This document shows, piece by piece, positions 1 through 10,317 of a stretch of DNA of 35,700 nt (positions within the stretch are counted from its first letter, which is position 1; each line of letters starts with the position of its first letter). This DNA is from Candidatus Azambacteria bacterium RIFCSPHIGHO2_02_FULL_52_12 (GTDB taxonomy: Bacteria; Patescibacteriota; Minisyncoccia; GWC2-36-17; WO2-46-25). The stretch spans positions 7,732 through 43,431 of the forward strand of contig MEYP01000001.1 in the NCBI GenBank assembly GCA_001775835.1, in the 5' to 3' direction. The notes under the pieces were generated by a model. The model was given only the letters and a program-made list of their open reading frames with translations, ran no database searches and was not told where the DNA came from. A program made the translations under genes and the position numbers.

Positions 1-423
1 GTGGAGTCGTATCTCGTGCCGCCGGCCGTCCTTTTGGCCGCCGCCCAGCGCCTCGTGCGCAAGCTCTGCAACGAGTGCAAAGAAAAAAAACCGGCGGAAG
101 GGAGGGCTTTGGAGATCATTAGAGAGACCGTCGCCCAAATGCCGGAAAAGACCCGCGCAAATGTGCAAAGCAAAGAATACTTCATTTGGGAAGCTCCCGG
201 CTGCGGCAAATGCATGCACAAAGGCACGAAGGGCCGCATGGTCATCTTTGAAGCGATGAAGATGACACAAGAACTCAAAAAGATAGTCATTGAAGGGTTC
301 ACGGAAGAAAAGATCGTCAACGAAGCGACGCGCCAAGGCATGGTTACCATGAAGCAGGACGGCGTCATAAAAGTATTAGAGGGACTGGTGTCTTTGGAAG
401 AAGTTTTACAATCGACCATTTAA
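1..423 (+). CDS. pilB: Type IV pilus/T2SS assembly ATPase (PilB/GspE family), C-terminal part; the 5' end lies upstream of the window
   Basis: ORF open at the left edge. C-terminal tetracysteine pattern CNEC...CGKC as in GspE/PilB ATPases. Heads a locus with pilT, pilC, pilD and pilins. Confidence 0.8.
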   Translation: MESYLVPPAVLLAAAQRLVRKLCNECKEKKPAEGRALEIIRETVAQMPEKTRANVQSKEYFIWEAPGCGKCMHKGTKGRMVIFEAMKMTQELKKIVIEGFTEEKIVNEATRQGMVTMKQDGVIKVLEGLVSLEEVLQSTI

Positions 424-429
424 CATATA

Positions 430-510
430 TAATAATAAATAAGTTCATAAAGTTAAAAGTTTATAAAGTGGGGAATTCCACTTTTGACTTTATGAACTTT
501 ATAAACTGTA
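430..510. repeat. Imperfect palindrome of 7-nt words, family A (ATAAAGT/TAAAAGT)
   Basis: Left arm carries ATAAAGT-type words (443-469), centre is GGGGAATTCC (470-479), right arm carries the complementary ACTTT-type words (480-507). Fills the pilB-REC spacer. Confidence 0.7.
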
Positions 511-517
511 TAACTCT

Positions 518-895
518 ATGAAAAGCATTCTCATTGTGGAAGACGATTCTTTTTTGTCCGACATGTATCAGACAAAGTTTTTGTCGGCGGGCTACGATGT
601 GCGCGTCGCAGACGACGGCGAACAGTGCCTCCAAGCGCTGAAAGACGGCTTCAGGCCCGATGTCATGCTGCTTGACGTCGTGATGCCGCGCATGGACGGC
701 ATCGAATTGCTCGCCGCCGTCAAAAAAGACGATAATTTCAAAAATATCCCGGTGATCCTCCTGACCAATCTGGGACAGGAGAGCGACATCAAGCGCGGCA
801 TGGAGATGGGCGCCGTGGATTATCTGGTGAAGGCGCACTTCACGCCTTCGGAAGTCGCGCGGAAAGTGGAAGAAATAATGAAGACGAGGGGTTAG
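518..895 (+). CDS. Receiver-only response regulator (CheY/PilH-like)
   Basis: 125 aa with N-terminal acidic pair VEDD, phospho-acceptor context MLLDVVMP, LLTN and LVKAH (conserved T and K). No output domain. Confidence 0.85.
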   Translation: MKSILIVEDDSFLSDMYQTKFLSAGYDVRVADDGEQCLQALKDGFRPDVMLLDVVMPRMDGIELLAAVKKDDNFKNIPVILLTNLGQESDIKRGMEMGAVDYLVKAHFTPSEVARKVEEIMKTRG

Positions 896-956
896 CTTCA
901 TTAGCTTTCAGCTTTTAGAGCGACCCCCTAAAAGCTAACGAAGCTGAAAGCTAAAA
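891..956. repeat. Imperfect palindrome of 7-nt words, family B (AGCTTCA/AGCTTTC/AGCTTTT)
   Basis: AGCTTTTAG (910-918) pairs with CTAAAAGCT (928-936). Flanking AGCTTnn words face their complements GAAGCT/GAAAGCT. Starts at the REC stop codon. Confidence 0.7.
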
Positions 957-965
957 CCTGATTTT

Positions 966-2033
966 ATGGATATCAAACAAGAATTGGAAGAATTGCTGGG
1001 CATGGTGCTTGCGCGGGGAGCGTCCGACCTTCATATTTCCGTCGGCCGCAGACCGACCCTGCGCATCGATGGCGTGCTCGTTCAGGTCGAATCGAAAGAC
1101 ATCATCGACGAAAACTACGCGAAACAGTTCACGATGGAGATCTTGCGGGATGAGCAGCGCGAGCGTTTTCTACAGGACAAGGAGCTCGATTTTTCATATG
1201 GTTTCGCCGACATCGCCCGGTTCCGCGTGAACGTGTTCATGCAGAAAGGGAATTTCGCCGCGGCGATGCGCCTGATCCCCACGGAAATCCGCACGCTGGA
1301 TGACCTGAACCATCCGCAGGTGATCCACGCCATGATCCGGGGCTCGCAGGGATTTTTTCTCGTGGTCGGCCCTTCAGGGCAGGGCAAATCAACGACGCTT
1401 GCCGCCATGGTCGACGAGATCAACCACAACCGCGCGTGCCACATCATCACCATCGAAGACCCCATCGAATACCTGTTCAAGAACGACAAGGCGATCGTGG
1501 ACCAGCGGGAAGTGGGCCAGGATACCAAGAATTTCAACGTCGCTCTGCGCTCGGTCTTGCGCCAGGACCCCGACGTCATCATGGTGGGCGAAATGCGCGA
1601 TCCGGAAACGATATCGGCGGCCATCACGGCGGCTGAAACGGGGCACTTGGTGTTCTCCACGCTCCACACCAACAACGCGTCGCAGACCATAGACCGCATC
1701 ATCGACTCGTTCCCTCCCTCCCAGCAGAATCAGATCCGCACCCAGCTGGCGAGCACCCTGCTTGGCGTGCTGTCCAAGCGCCTCATTCCCCGCGTGAACG
1801 GCGGGCGCGTCGCCGCGTTCGAATTGCTCATCGCCAACGCGGCGGTGAAAAATCTCATCCGGGAGAATAAAACGCACCAGATAGACCTGGTCATCGAGAC
1901 GTCCGCCGAAGAAGGCATGATATCGCTCAATCGTTCGCTCGCGCATCTGGTCAAAAGCGGCGACATCACCTACGAAGACGCGATCATCCATTCGCTCAAC
2001 CCGTCCGAATTGAAGATATTGGCGTCACGATAA
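966..2033 (+). CDS. pilT: Twitching-motility (retraction) ATPase PilT
   Basis: 355 aa. Walker A GPSGQGKST, Walker B/Asp box DPDVIMVGEMRD, His box TGHLVFSTLHTN. Size is typical of PilT rather than PilB. Confidence 0.9.
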   Translation: MDIKQELEELLGMVLARGASDLHISVGRRPTLRIDGVLVQVESKDIIDENYAKQFTMEILRDEQRERFLQDKELDFSYGFADIARFRVNVFMQKGNFAAAMRLIPTEIRTLDDLNHPQVIHAMIRGSQGFFLVVGPSGQGKSTTLAAMVDEINHNRACHIITIEDPIEYLFKNDKAIVDQREVGQDTKNFNVALRSVLRQDPDVIMVGEMRDPETISAAITAAETGHLVFSTLHTNNASQTIDRIIDSFPPSQQNQIRTQLASTLLGVLSKRLIPRVNGGRVAAFELLIANAAVKNLIRENKTHQIDLVIETSAEEGMISLNRSLAHLVKSGDITYEDAIIHSLNPSELKILASR

Positions 2034-2113
2034 GAAGCTAGAATCTAGAAAATAGAATCTAGAATCAAGAACTGCATGAAACCCATACGCGCGCATTCTA
2101 CTTTCTAGCTTCT
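2034..2113. repeat. Imperfect palindrome of 7-nt words, family C (TAGAATC)
   Basis: Tandem TAGAATC/TAGAAAA words at 2039-2066. GAAGCTAGAA (2034-2043) is perfectly complementary to TTCTAGCTTC (2103-2112). Confidence 0.7.
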
Positions 2114-2118
2114 ACCCC

Positions 2119-3324
2119 ATGAAATTCACCTATCACGTTCGCACCAAGCAAGGCGAGACCAAAAGCGGAGTTTTGGAGGCTCCCAGCAAAGAAATCGCTA
2201 TCGAAGCGCTTTTGCGGAACAATTTTTTTATCATAGCCGTCGAAGAGTCCAAAGATCTTCCCACGCTTTCAGCGACCATCGCGCGGTTTCGCGGGGTTCC
2301 CGGCAAAGAAGTCGTCATCTTCTCCCGCCAGATATCGACCCTGTTTCAGGCGAAAGTGCCTCTTATCGGAGCGCTCAAGACCATGATGGAGCAGACCGAG
2401 AACCAGATGTTCAAGGACGCGCTGTTCGATATCATGAAAAATGTCGATTCGGGCATGGTGCTTTCCAAGGCGCTGGGTTTGCATCGGAGGATATTTTCCG
2501 AGTTTTACGTTAACATGGTGCATTCAGGAGAGGTCTCGGGGAAGCTTGAAGAAGTATTCACGTATCTTGCAGACGGGCTTGAACGGGAATATTATCTGGC
2601 AAGCAAAATAAAGGGGGCGATGACCTATCCGGCATTCATTATCGCGGCATTCGGCATCGTCGCGTTTCTGATGATGGTTTTTGTCGTGCCCAATCTGACG
2701 TCCATTCTGAAAGAGACCGGCGCCGAGCTCCCGCTCCTTACCAGAGTGGTCGTCGCCATCTCGGACGTGTTCGTCACGTACTGGTGGCTGATCCTTATCG
2801 CGGTGTTTTCTTCCCTTGGCGGTGCGTGGTATTATATCCATACCACGAGCGGCAGTGAAGTGTGGGACAGAGTACAGCTCCGCATTCCCATTTTCGGCAA
2901 ACTGCTTCGGAAATATTATATCGCGCGCTTTGCCGACAGCTTGAGCGTGCTCATTCAGGGAGGGCTTCCCATCGTGCAAGCGCTTGAAGTCACTGCGCAA
3001 GTGGTGAGCAACACGGTGTATAAAGAAATTTTGATGGACACCATCGAGCAGGTCAAAAAGGGCAATACGATAAGCTCGGTGCTCAAGACGAAAAAAGAGA
3101 TTCCCGTCATGGTGTCCCAGATGGTGTATGTGGGAGAGGAATCGGGCAAATTGGACGGCACGCTCAAAACAGCGGCCGGTTTCTACCAGAAAGAAGTCGA
3201 TACCGCCATGGACAGCATCGTCACGATCATCGAGCCCGTGCTCATTCTCCTGCTTGGCGCGGGGGTCGGAGTTCTTGTGGTCGCCATTTTGATGCCCATG
3301 TATGATTTGGCGCAGAACTTCTAA
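2119..3324 (+). CDS. pilC: Type IV pilus platform protein PilC/GspF
   Basis: 401 aa polytopic membrane protein with two GspF-type repeats. Lies between pilT and the pilins. Confidence 0.9.
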   Translation: MKFTYHVRTKQGETKSGVLEAPSKEIAIEALLRNNFFIIAVEESKDLPTLSATIARFRGVPGKEVVIFSRQISTLFQAKVPLIGALKTMMEQTENQMFKDALFDIMKNVDSGMVLSKALGLHRRIFSEFYVNMVHSGEVSGKLEEVFTYLADGLEREYYLASKIKGAMTYPAFIIAAFGIVAFLMMVFVVPNLTSILKETGAELPLLTRVVVAISDVFVTYWWLILIAVFSSLGGAWYYIHTTSGSEVWDRVQLRIPIFGKLLRKYYIARFADSLSVLIQGGLPIVQALEVTAQVVSNTVYKEILMDTIEQVKKGNTISSVLKTKKEIPVMVSQMVYVGEESGKLDGTLKTAAGFYQKEVDTAMDSIVTIIEPVLILLLGAGVGVLVVAILMPMYDLAQNF

Positions 3325-3325
3325 T

Positions 3326-3390
3326 AGTCTATAAAGTCAAAAGTCCATAAAGTCTATAAAGCGGGGAGAATTCTACTTTCGACTCATTTT
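3326..3390. repeat. Imperfect palindrome of 7-nt words, family A (second copy)
   Basis: CTATAAAGT CAAAAGT CCATAAAGT CTATAAAG, then GGGGAGAATTCTA, then a degenerate right arm ACTTTCGACTCATTTTAT. Same words and same GAATTC centre as 430-510. Confidence 0.65.
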
Positions 3391-3912
3391 ATGAAATTCA
3401 CTAATCTCATTCTTGTCATCCTTATCATCCTTGCGCTTGCCGCATTCGGATTTTTTGGGTGGCAAGCGCGGCAATCGCAAACAGCACCAGCCGGACCGGG
3501 CGCGGGCGTGAAAACGGAAAAATTCACCCCCATTCCCGTCGTGAACAGGGGCAAGGCGTCAGAAGAACAGGACGCCGCTTTGGAGGCGGATGTGCGCACA
3601 GTCAATGACGCGGTGCGTGCCTACGCCAAAGACCACGCGGGGAAGTATCCTGAATCCGACGTCAGAAACCCGTGTTCGGGCGTGCATGCGTGCTTGAAAA
3701 GCGTCAACATAAACACCGTTAAAAAGGTCTATCTTGATCCTATCCCGCAGATGGCGCCGGGGAACGCTGATTATCACTACCAAGCGGACAATGTGAAAAA
3801 GACGTACTGCGTCGCGGCTCCTGTGGCGCTTGAGACGGCAAGCACCATGCTTTTTGAGTGCACGCAAACGGCGTGCGGGAGAGTGCCGTTTGCCGAAAGA
3901 TGTTCGCAGTAG
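3391..3912 (+). CDS. Membrane-anchored pilin-like protein with a degenerate class III signal
   Basis: N-terminus MKFTNLILVILIIL resembles G|FTLIELLVV but lacks the -1 Gly and Glu5. The C-terminal part has a pilin-globular-domain flavour (AVRAYAKDHAGKYP...C...C...YHYQ) with paired cysteines. Confidence 0.45.
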   Translation: MKFTNLILVILIILALAAFGFFGWQARQSQTAPAGPGAGVKTEKFTPIPVVNRGKASEEQDAALEADVRTVNDAVRAYAKDHAGKYPESDVRNPCSGVHACLKSVNINTVKKVYLDPIPQMAPGNADYHYQADNVKKTYCVAAPVALETASTMLFECTQTACGRVPFAERCSQ

Positions 3913-3919
3913 CTCGAAT

Positions 3920-3953
3920 CTTAGGTTTCATGTTACAAGTTTCACGTTTCAGG
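3920..3953. repeat. Solo right arm of palindrome family D (GTTTCAT words)
   Basis: CTTAGGTTTCATGTTACAAGTTTCACGTTTCAGG. Its complement shares TGTAACATGAAAC with the left arm at 5612-5648. Confidence 0.55.
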
Positions 3954-4102
3954 ACACTGTGGATAATGTTTTGCTTGTTTGTTGTTTGTCTATAGCGTAT
4001 AATGGTGCTAGGTAAGAAAAGGTCGAGGGTATGTTTCATAAACCTTACAAGCTTGGGGCTTATGAGACCTCTACGATTAACAGCTTGTTATCTCATGAAA
4101 TT

Positions 4103-4654
4103 ATGAATACACAATTAAAAAAAGGTTTTACGCTTATTGAGCTTCTGGTGGTCATCGCCATCATCGGCATCTTGTCTTCGGTGGTCATCGTTTCGTTGAA
4201 CAACGCCCGTTCAAAGGCGAGAGACTCATCCCGCAAATCGAACGCGCAGGCAATGGCGACGGGGATTGCGTTATATGCATCCGAACAGATCGGTGAAATA
4301 GCGGCAAATGAAGTCGCTGCAGCAGGTCCCTCGGGTTGGAGTCAGGATGCCACGGGAGGCACTGCCGTCTTAAATAATGGTCTTGGGGCGCCAGACATTA
4401 CCTATGGAACTCCCGCGCTCAGCACATTCTTGAGGGCGCTCCCCGTCGACTCGGCAAATACCTACAATTATGGCAATGCGGGTCTCAACGCGACATATTG
4501 TTTGGGAGCGGCGCTTGAAAACGCCGACGCGGTTACGACCGGCACGAGTTTCCTCTGCAAGAGCGGCGGATGCGGTCCGAATGTCCCCGCGACCGACTCG
4601 AACAAAGCGACGCAAGCAACTGCGTGGGCTGTGGCTGATTGCACGGAAGCATAA
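4103..4654 (+). CDS. Type IV prepilin, candidate major pilin (ORF is open from ATG 4031; the canonical leader starts at 4103)
   Basis: MNTQLKKG|FTLIELLVVIAIIGILSSVV is a textbook class III signal. Has its own TATAAT (3997-4002) upstream and a hairpin terminator downstream. C-terminal Cys pair. Confidence 0.85.
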   Translation: MNTQLKKGFTLIELLVVIAIIGILSSVVIVSLNNARSKARDSSRKSNAQAMATGIALYASEQIGEIAANEVAAAGPSGWSQDATGGTAVLNNGLGAPDITYGTPALSTFLRALPVDSANTYNYGNAGLNATYCLGAALENADAVTTGTSFLCKSGGCGPNVPATDSNKATQATAWAVADCTEA

Positions 4655-4682
4655 TATTTTTCCTGTCTGACTGTACTCGAAT

Positions 4683-4717
4683 ATCGGACTTCCAGAAATG
4701 GAAGTCCGATGCGTTTT
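4683..4717 (+). terminator. Hairpin terminator/attenuator after the pilin gene
   Basis: ATCGGACTTCCA GAAA TGGAAGTCCGAT (12-bp perfect stem) followed by GCGTTTT. Confidence 0.6.
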
Positions 4718-4817
4718 AGGGCATTATTTCAAATTGTACGTCTAGCGAGCTATAGCAATGCTGATGTACAATGTTCAGAGAGGTGATTTGTTTGTACGCG
4801 TTGTTATACACGGGGTG

Positions 4818-4826
4818 TGATATACT
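4818..4826 (+). promoter_or_regulatory. Extended -10 box (TGaTATACT) 6 nt upstream of the pilD ATG
   Basis: TGATATACT, then gtatgt, then ATG (4833). No Shine-Dalgarno sequence in between. Confidence 0.4.
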
Positions 4827-4832
4827 GTATGT

Positions 4833-5603
4833 ATGACAGTTTTTTTTATTTTCATCTTCGGGCTTCTCATCGGCAGTTTTCTGAACGCGGTCGTCTATCG
4901 TCTGGAGGTCGGCGGATCTATCGTCACCCAGCGCTCGCGGTGCCCCCGGTGTTTGCATGTGTTGTCGTGGTGCGAGCTTATTCCGGTTGTCAGTTTTGCC
5001 GTCCAGCGGCGTAAGTGTCGCGCGTGCAAACAGCCCATATCTTGGCAGTACCCGGTCGTGGAGCTTGCCGCGGGTACGCTGTTTTCCTGGCTCTTTTTTT
5101 TGTTTCCCGACGCGCACCCGGCTTATTTTCTCTATTTATTTTTTACCGCGAGCGGACTTTTGGTCATCTTCATTTTTGACCTGAAACATTATATAATACC
5201 CAACAGGGTCCTGTATCCGCTGACCGCCGCCGCGTTGGCGTACGCTCTTTTTACCAACGGGTTTTCACGGGAATTCGGCTATCACGCGCTCGCGGCATTT
5301 CTGGCTTCAGGGTTTTTCCTGCTGTTGTATCTGGTATCTGAAGGAACATGGATCGGCTTCGGGGACGTGAAGTTCGCTGTTTTCATGGGATTTTTCCTGG
5401 AACCATGGCTGACGCTGGTCGCCCTTTTCATCGCTTATTTTGTCGGGGCGCTCGTCAGCAGTGTCGTTCTGCTTTTAAAGAGAAGGGGACTCCAGAGCGA
5501 AATCCCATTCGGGCCGTTTCTCGTGCTAGGGACGCTCGCCAGCTTCGCGTATGGTAGCGAGCTCATCAACTGGTATCTGCATATTAATATTTTGTTGCTG
5601 TAA
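4833..5603 (+). CDS. pilD: Prepilin peptidase (A24 family) PilD
   Basis: N-terminal CPRC...CRAC zinc motif. Polytopic. Catalytic Asp contexts FDLKHYIIPN and GFGDVKF. Confidence 0.9.
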   Translation: MTVFFIFIFGLLIGSFLNAVVYRLEVGGSIVTQRSRCPRCLHVLSWCELIPVVSFAVQRRKCRACKQPISWQYPVVELAAGTLFSWLFFLFPDAHPAYFLYLFFTASGLLVIFIFDLKHYIIPNRVLYPLTAAALAYALFTNGFSREFGYHALAAFLASGFFLLLYLVSEGTWIGFGDVKFAVFMGFFLEPWLTLVALFIAYFVGALVSSVVLLLKRRGLQSEIPFGPFLVLGTLASFAYGSELINWYLHINILLL

Positions 5604-5611
5604 ATCGTACA

Positions 5612-5699
5612 CGTTATGAAACATGAAACCTGTAACATGAAACATAAGATTCGGGCTTTGAGACGCTTGTTTTATGCTTCATGTTTCACGTTTCATGAG
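5612..5699. repeat. Imperfect palindrome of 7-nt words, family D (CATGAAA/GTTTCAT)
   Basis: Left arm ATGAAAC ATGAAAC CTGTAAC ATGAAAC, 17-nt loop, right arm ...GCTTCAT GTTTCAC GTTTCAT. Overlaps the first 28 codons of the next ORF. Confidence 0.75.
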
Positions 5700-6200
5700 A
5701 AAGGTTTTACGCTGATTGAGATTCTCATATCCATCGCCATCATCGGCACCCTGTCTTCTGTGGTTATGGTCAATATAGGGTTCGGGAACCGCCAGCAAAA
5801 TCTTCTCCGCGCCGCCCAACTGCTCGCGCTTGACATCCGCCGGGCGCAGAACCTTTCGCTGGCGCCCACCGATTCCCCAACGTGTGTTTACGGGTTGAAC
5901 ATAAACTCCGCAACCGGCTATTTTGTATATTTTGACAGAGATCAAACTTGCGCCAATGGACATCGATATGTCGCGGGCAGTCCCTCGATTGCCATCATTG
6001 ACAATCCCGGCATCACCCTTAAAAACAGCATTACCATAGATGCTCCCTTCAATCAGGACATCGCGTTTGAAGCGCCCGAGCCGATCACCTATATCAATGG
6101 AGCAAAAGACAGCGCGGGATTTACCATAACTCTGCGCTCTCCCGATAACACAACCAAGACGGTGACGGTTAACCGATTCGGGCAAGTGGAAATAAACTAG
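5616..6200 (+). CDS. Minor pilin/pseudopilin (GspH/FimT-like) with a long leader
   Basis: ...FHEKG|FTLIEILISIAIIGTLSSVV, followed by AAQLLALDIRRAQ as in GspH/FimT. Leader is 30 aa from ATG 5616, 23 aa from ATG 5637, 13 aa from TTG 5667. Confidence 0.75.
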   Translation: MKHETCNMKHKIRALRRLFYASCFTFHEKGFTLIEILISIAIIGTLSSVVMVNIGFGNRQQNLLRAAQLLALDIRRAQNLSLAPTDSPTCVYGLNINSATGYFVYFDRDQTCANGHRYVAGSPSIAIIDNPGITLKNSITIDAPFNQDIAFEAPEPITYINGAKDSAGFTITLRSPDNTTKTVTVNRFGQVEIN

Positions 6201-6299
6201 CTTTCAGCTTCATTAGCTTTTAGCTTATAGGAATGCAAAACAAAATACAAAAATCAAGAATTTCTCTAAAAGCTAATGAAGCTAACAAGCTGAAAGCTA
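6198..6299. repeat. Imperfect palindrome of 7-nt words, family B (second copy)
   Basis: TAGCTTTCAGCTTCATTAGCTTTTAG (6198-6223) versus the complement of 6266-6299, which is identical except for one extra 8-nt word AGCTTGTT. ATG 6233 lies in the loop. Confidence 0.8.
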
Positions 6300-6757
6300 G
6301 TAAGGGTTTCACCCTCTTGGAGAGCCTGATCGCCATCGCCGTCTTCACCGTCGGCATTTCAACGGCCATGACGGTCATCTCCACGTCGCTCTCCGTCGGC
6401 ACGCGCACCAGAGACAAGATCGTCGCGTCGTATCTTGCGCAGGAAGGCATCGAAGTGGTGCGGAGCATCCGCGACAACAACTGGATTGACGGAGATGCCT
6501 GGGACGCGGGCATTGCAAGCGGATGCGTCCAATGGGACAGTGCGGACGTTGATACAGGATGCTCCGCCGGTTCCGGTTTGATTTTTTATCCGTTAGCCAC
6601 GCCGCCTGCGTATAGGGCAATCGCGGGCACAACCAAATTTTCGCGCAGCATTACCGTGCAATCCATATCGGCGGATCAGATACAGGTTACCTCGGCTGTC
6701 AATTGCGGGCTCAACTGCAGCGTGTCGCTATCGGAATACTTATATAATTGGAAGTAA
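6233..6757 (+). CDS. Minor pilin (PilV/GspI-like)
   Basis: ...KASKG|FTLLESLIAIAVFTVGIS, then YLAQEGIEVVRS as in PilV/GspI. 25-aa leader. Confidence 0.75.
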   Translation: MQNKIQKSRISLKANEANKLKASKGFTLLESLIAIAVFTVGISTAMTVISTSLSVGTRTRDKIVASYLAQEGIEVVRSIRDNNWIDGDAWDAGIASGCVQWDSADVDTGCSAGSGLIFYPLATPPAYRAIAGTTKFSRSITVQSISADQIQVTSAVNCGLNCSVSLSEYLYNWK

Positions 6758-6759
6758 GA

Positions 6760-6862
6760 ATCATGAAACACGCAACATGAAACCTGAAACATATCATCAA
6801 AAACCTGAAGCAAAAAAGAAGCAACCCTTGTTTCATGTTTCATGTTTCATGTTTCATGAAAG
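6760..6862. repeat. Imperfect palindrome, family D
   Basis: ATCATGAAACACGCAACATGAAACCTGAAAC ... four tandem TGTTTCA words (6829-6856). About 90 percent identical by eye to 7357-7462. Confidence 0.8.
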
Positions 6863-7355
6863 AGGCTATTCCCTCATCGAGCTCTTGGTCGCCATCGGCA
6901 TCTTTGCCACGGTGGTCGCCATCATGTCGGGCATGTTCATGACGTCCCTGCGGGGTCAGAAGAAGGCGGTTACCGTGCAGAACGTCGCGGATAACATACG
7001 GTACGCTATGGAAATCATGAGCAAGGAGATACGCATGGGAAGCAATTTTAATCCGATCGGCGCGACCGATCTGCAATTTAAATCCAACATGCCTAATCGC
7101 AATGGCGCGAACGTTGAATTCAGCTTGCAGGGCGGACGGATCATGTTCGATGATGACACTGGCGCTCTGCCCGCCGCGGACTCCATCACTTCGGCAAACG
7201 TGGCGGTCACCGCCTTGAATTTTTCCTTGTATCCGACGACCGGCACGCAAAAGAGAGTTCTGATAAGCATACAGGCGGCGTCCGCGGGAACGGCAAGCGA
7301 CGCGGCAACATCGATTAACGTGCAGACCACCGTTGCGCCGCGTATCATCCAATGA
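6777..7355 (+). CDS. Minor pilin (PilW/GspJ-like); alternative start ATG 6849
   Basis: ...FHERG|YSLIELLVAIGIFATVV, then NIRYAMEIMSKEIR. ATG 6849 would give a canonical 6-aa leader MFHERG. Confidence 0.75.
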   Translation: MKPETYHQKPEAKKKQPLFHVSCFMFHERGYSLIELLVAIGIFATVVAIMSGMFMTSLRGQKKAVTVQNVADNIRYAMEIMSKEIRMGSNFNPIGATDLQFKSNMPNRNGANVEFSLQGGRIMFDDDTGALPAADSITSANVAVTALNFSLYPTTGTQKRVLISIQAASAGTASDAATSINVQTTVAPRIIQ

Positions 7356-7373
7356 AATCATGAAACACGCAAC

Positions 7374-10023
<2,650 letters not shown>

Positions 10024-10029
10024 GACGTT

Positions 10030-10317
10030 ATGGACATCAAAACCGTACAACATATCGCGAAATTGTCGTATCTCTCCGTGCCGGATGCGGAACTTGAACG
10101 TTTCGCAAAAGACCTTTCTGCTATCATCAGCTATGTGTCGGAGCTTGACGGGGCGGACACGAAAGGAACCCAGATCACCGCGCGCGAGGTTCAAACGCGC
10201 AACGTGATGCGCGAGGACGAATCGAAGGAAAAGGAAAGCGCGGAGGCTGCCGCAGAGCTGGTTGCCGCCGCGCCCGACAGCGAAGACGGCTATGTAAAGG
10301 TAAAGGCGATATTGTAA
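10030..10317 (+). CDS. gatC: Glu/Asp-tRNA amidotransferase subunit C
   Basis: 95 aa with GatC-like pattern (IAKLSYL...ELERF...L..I..YV..L). Stop overlaps the gatA start. Confidence 0.85.
   Translation: MDIKTVQHIAKLSYLSVPDAELERFAKDLSAIISYVSELDGADTKGTQITAREVQTRNVMREDESKEKESAEAAAELVAAAPDSEDGYVKVKAIL

Noticed and set aside
4031-4102. Long 31-aa leader for the canonical pilin (start at ATG 4031)
   Set aside because: ATG 4103 yields the canonical 8-aa leader MNTQLKKG|F. The upstream extension has no pilin-leader character. It is kept as an alternative only because the minor pilins in this locus do appear to have long leaders.
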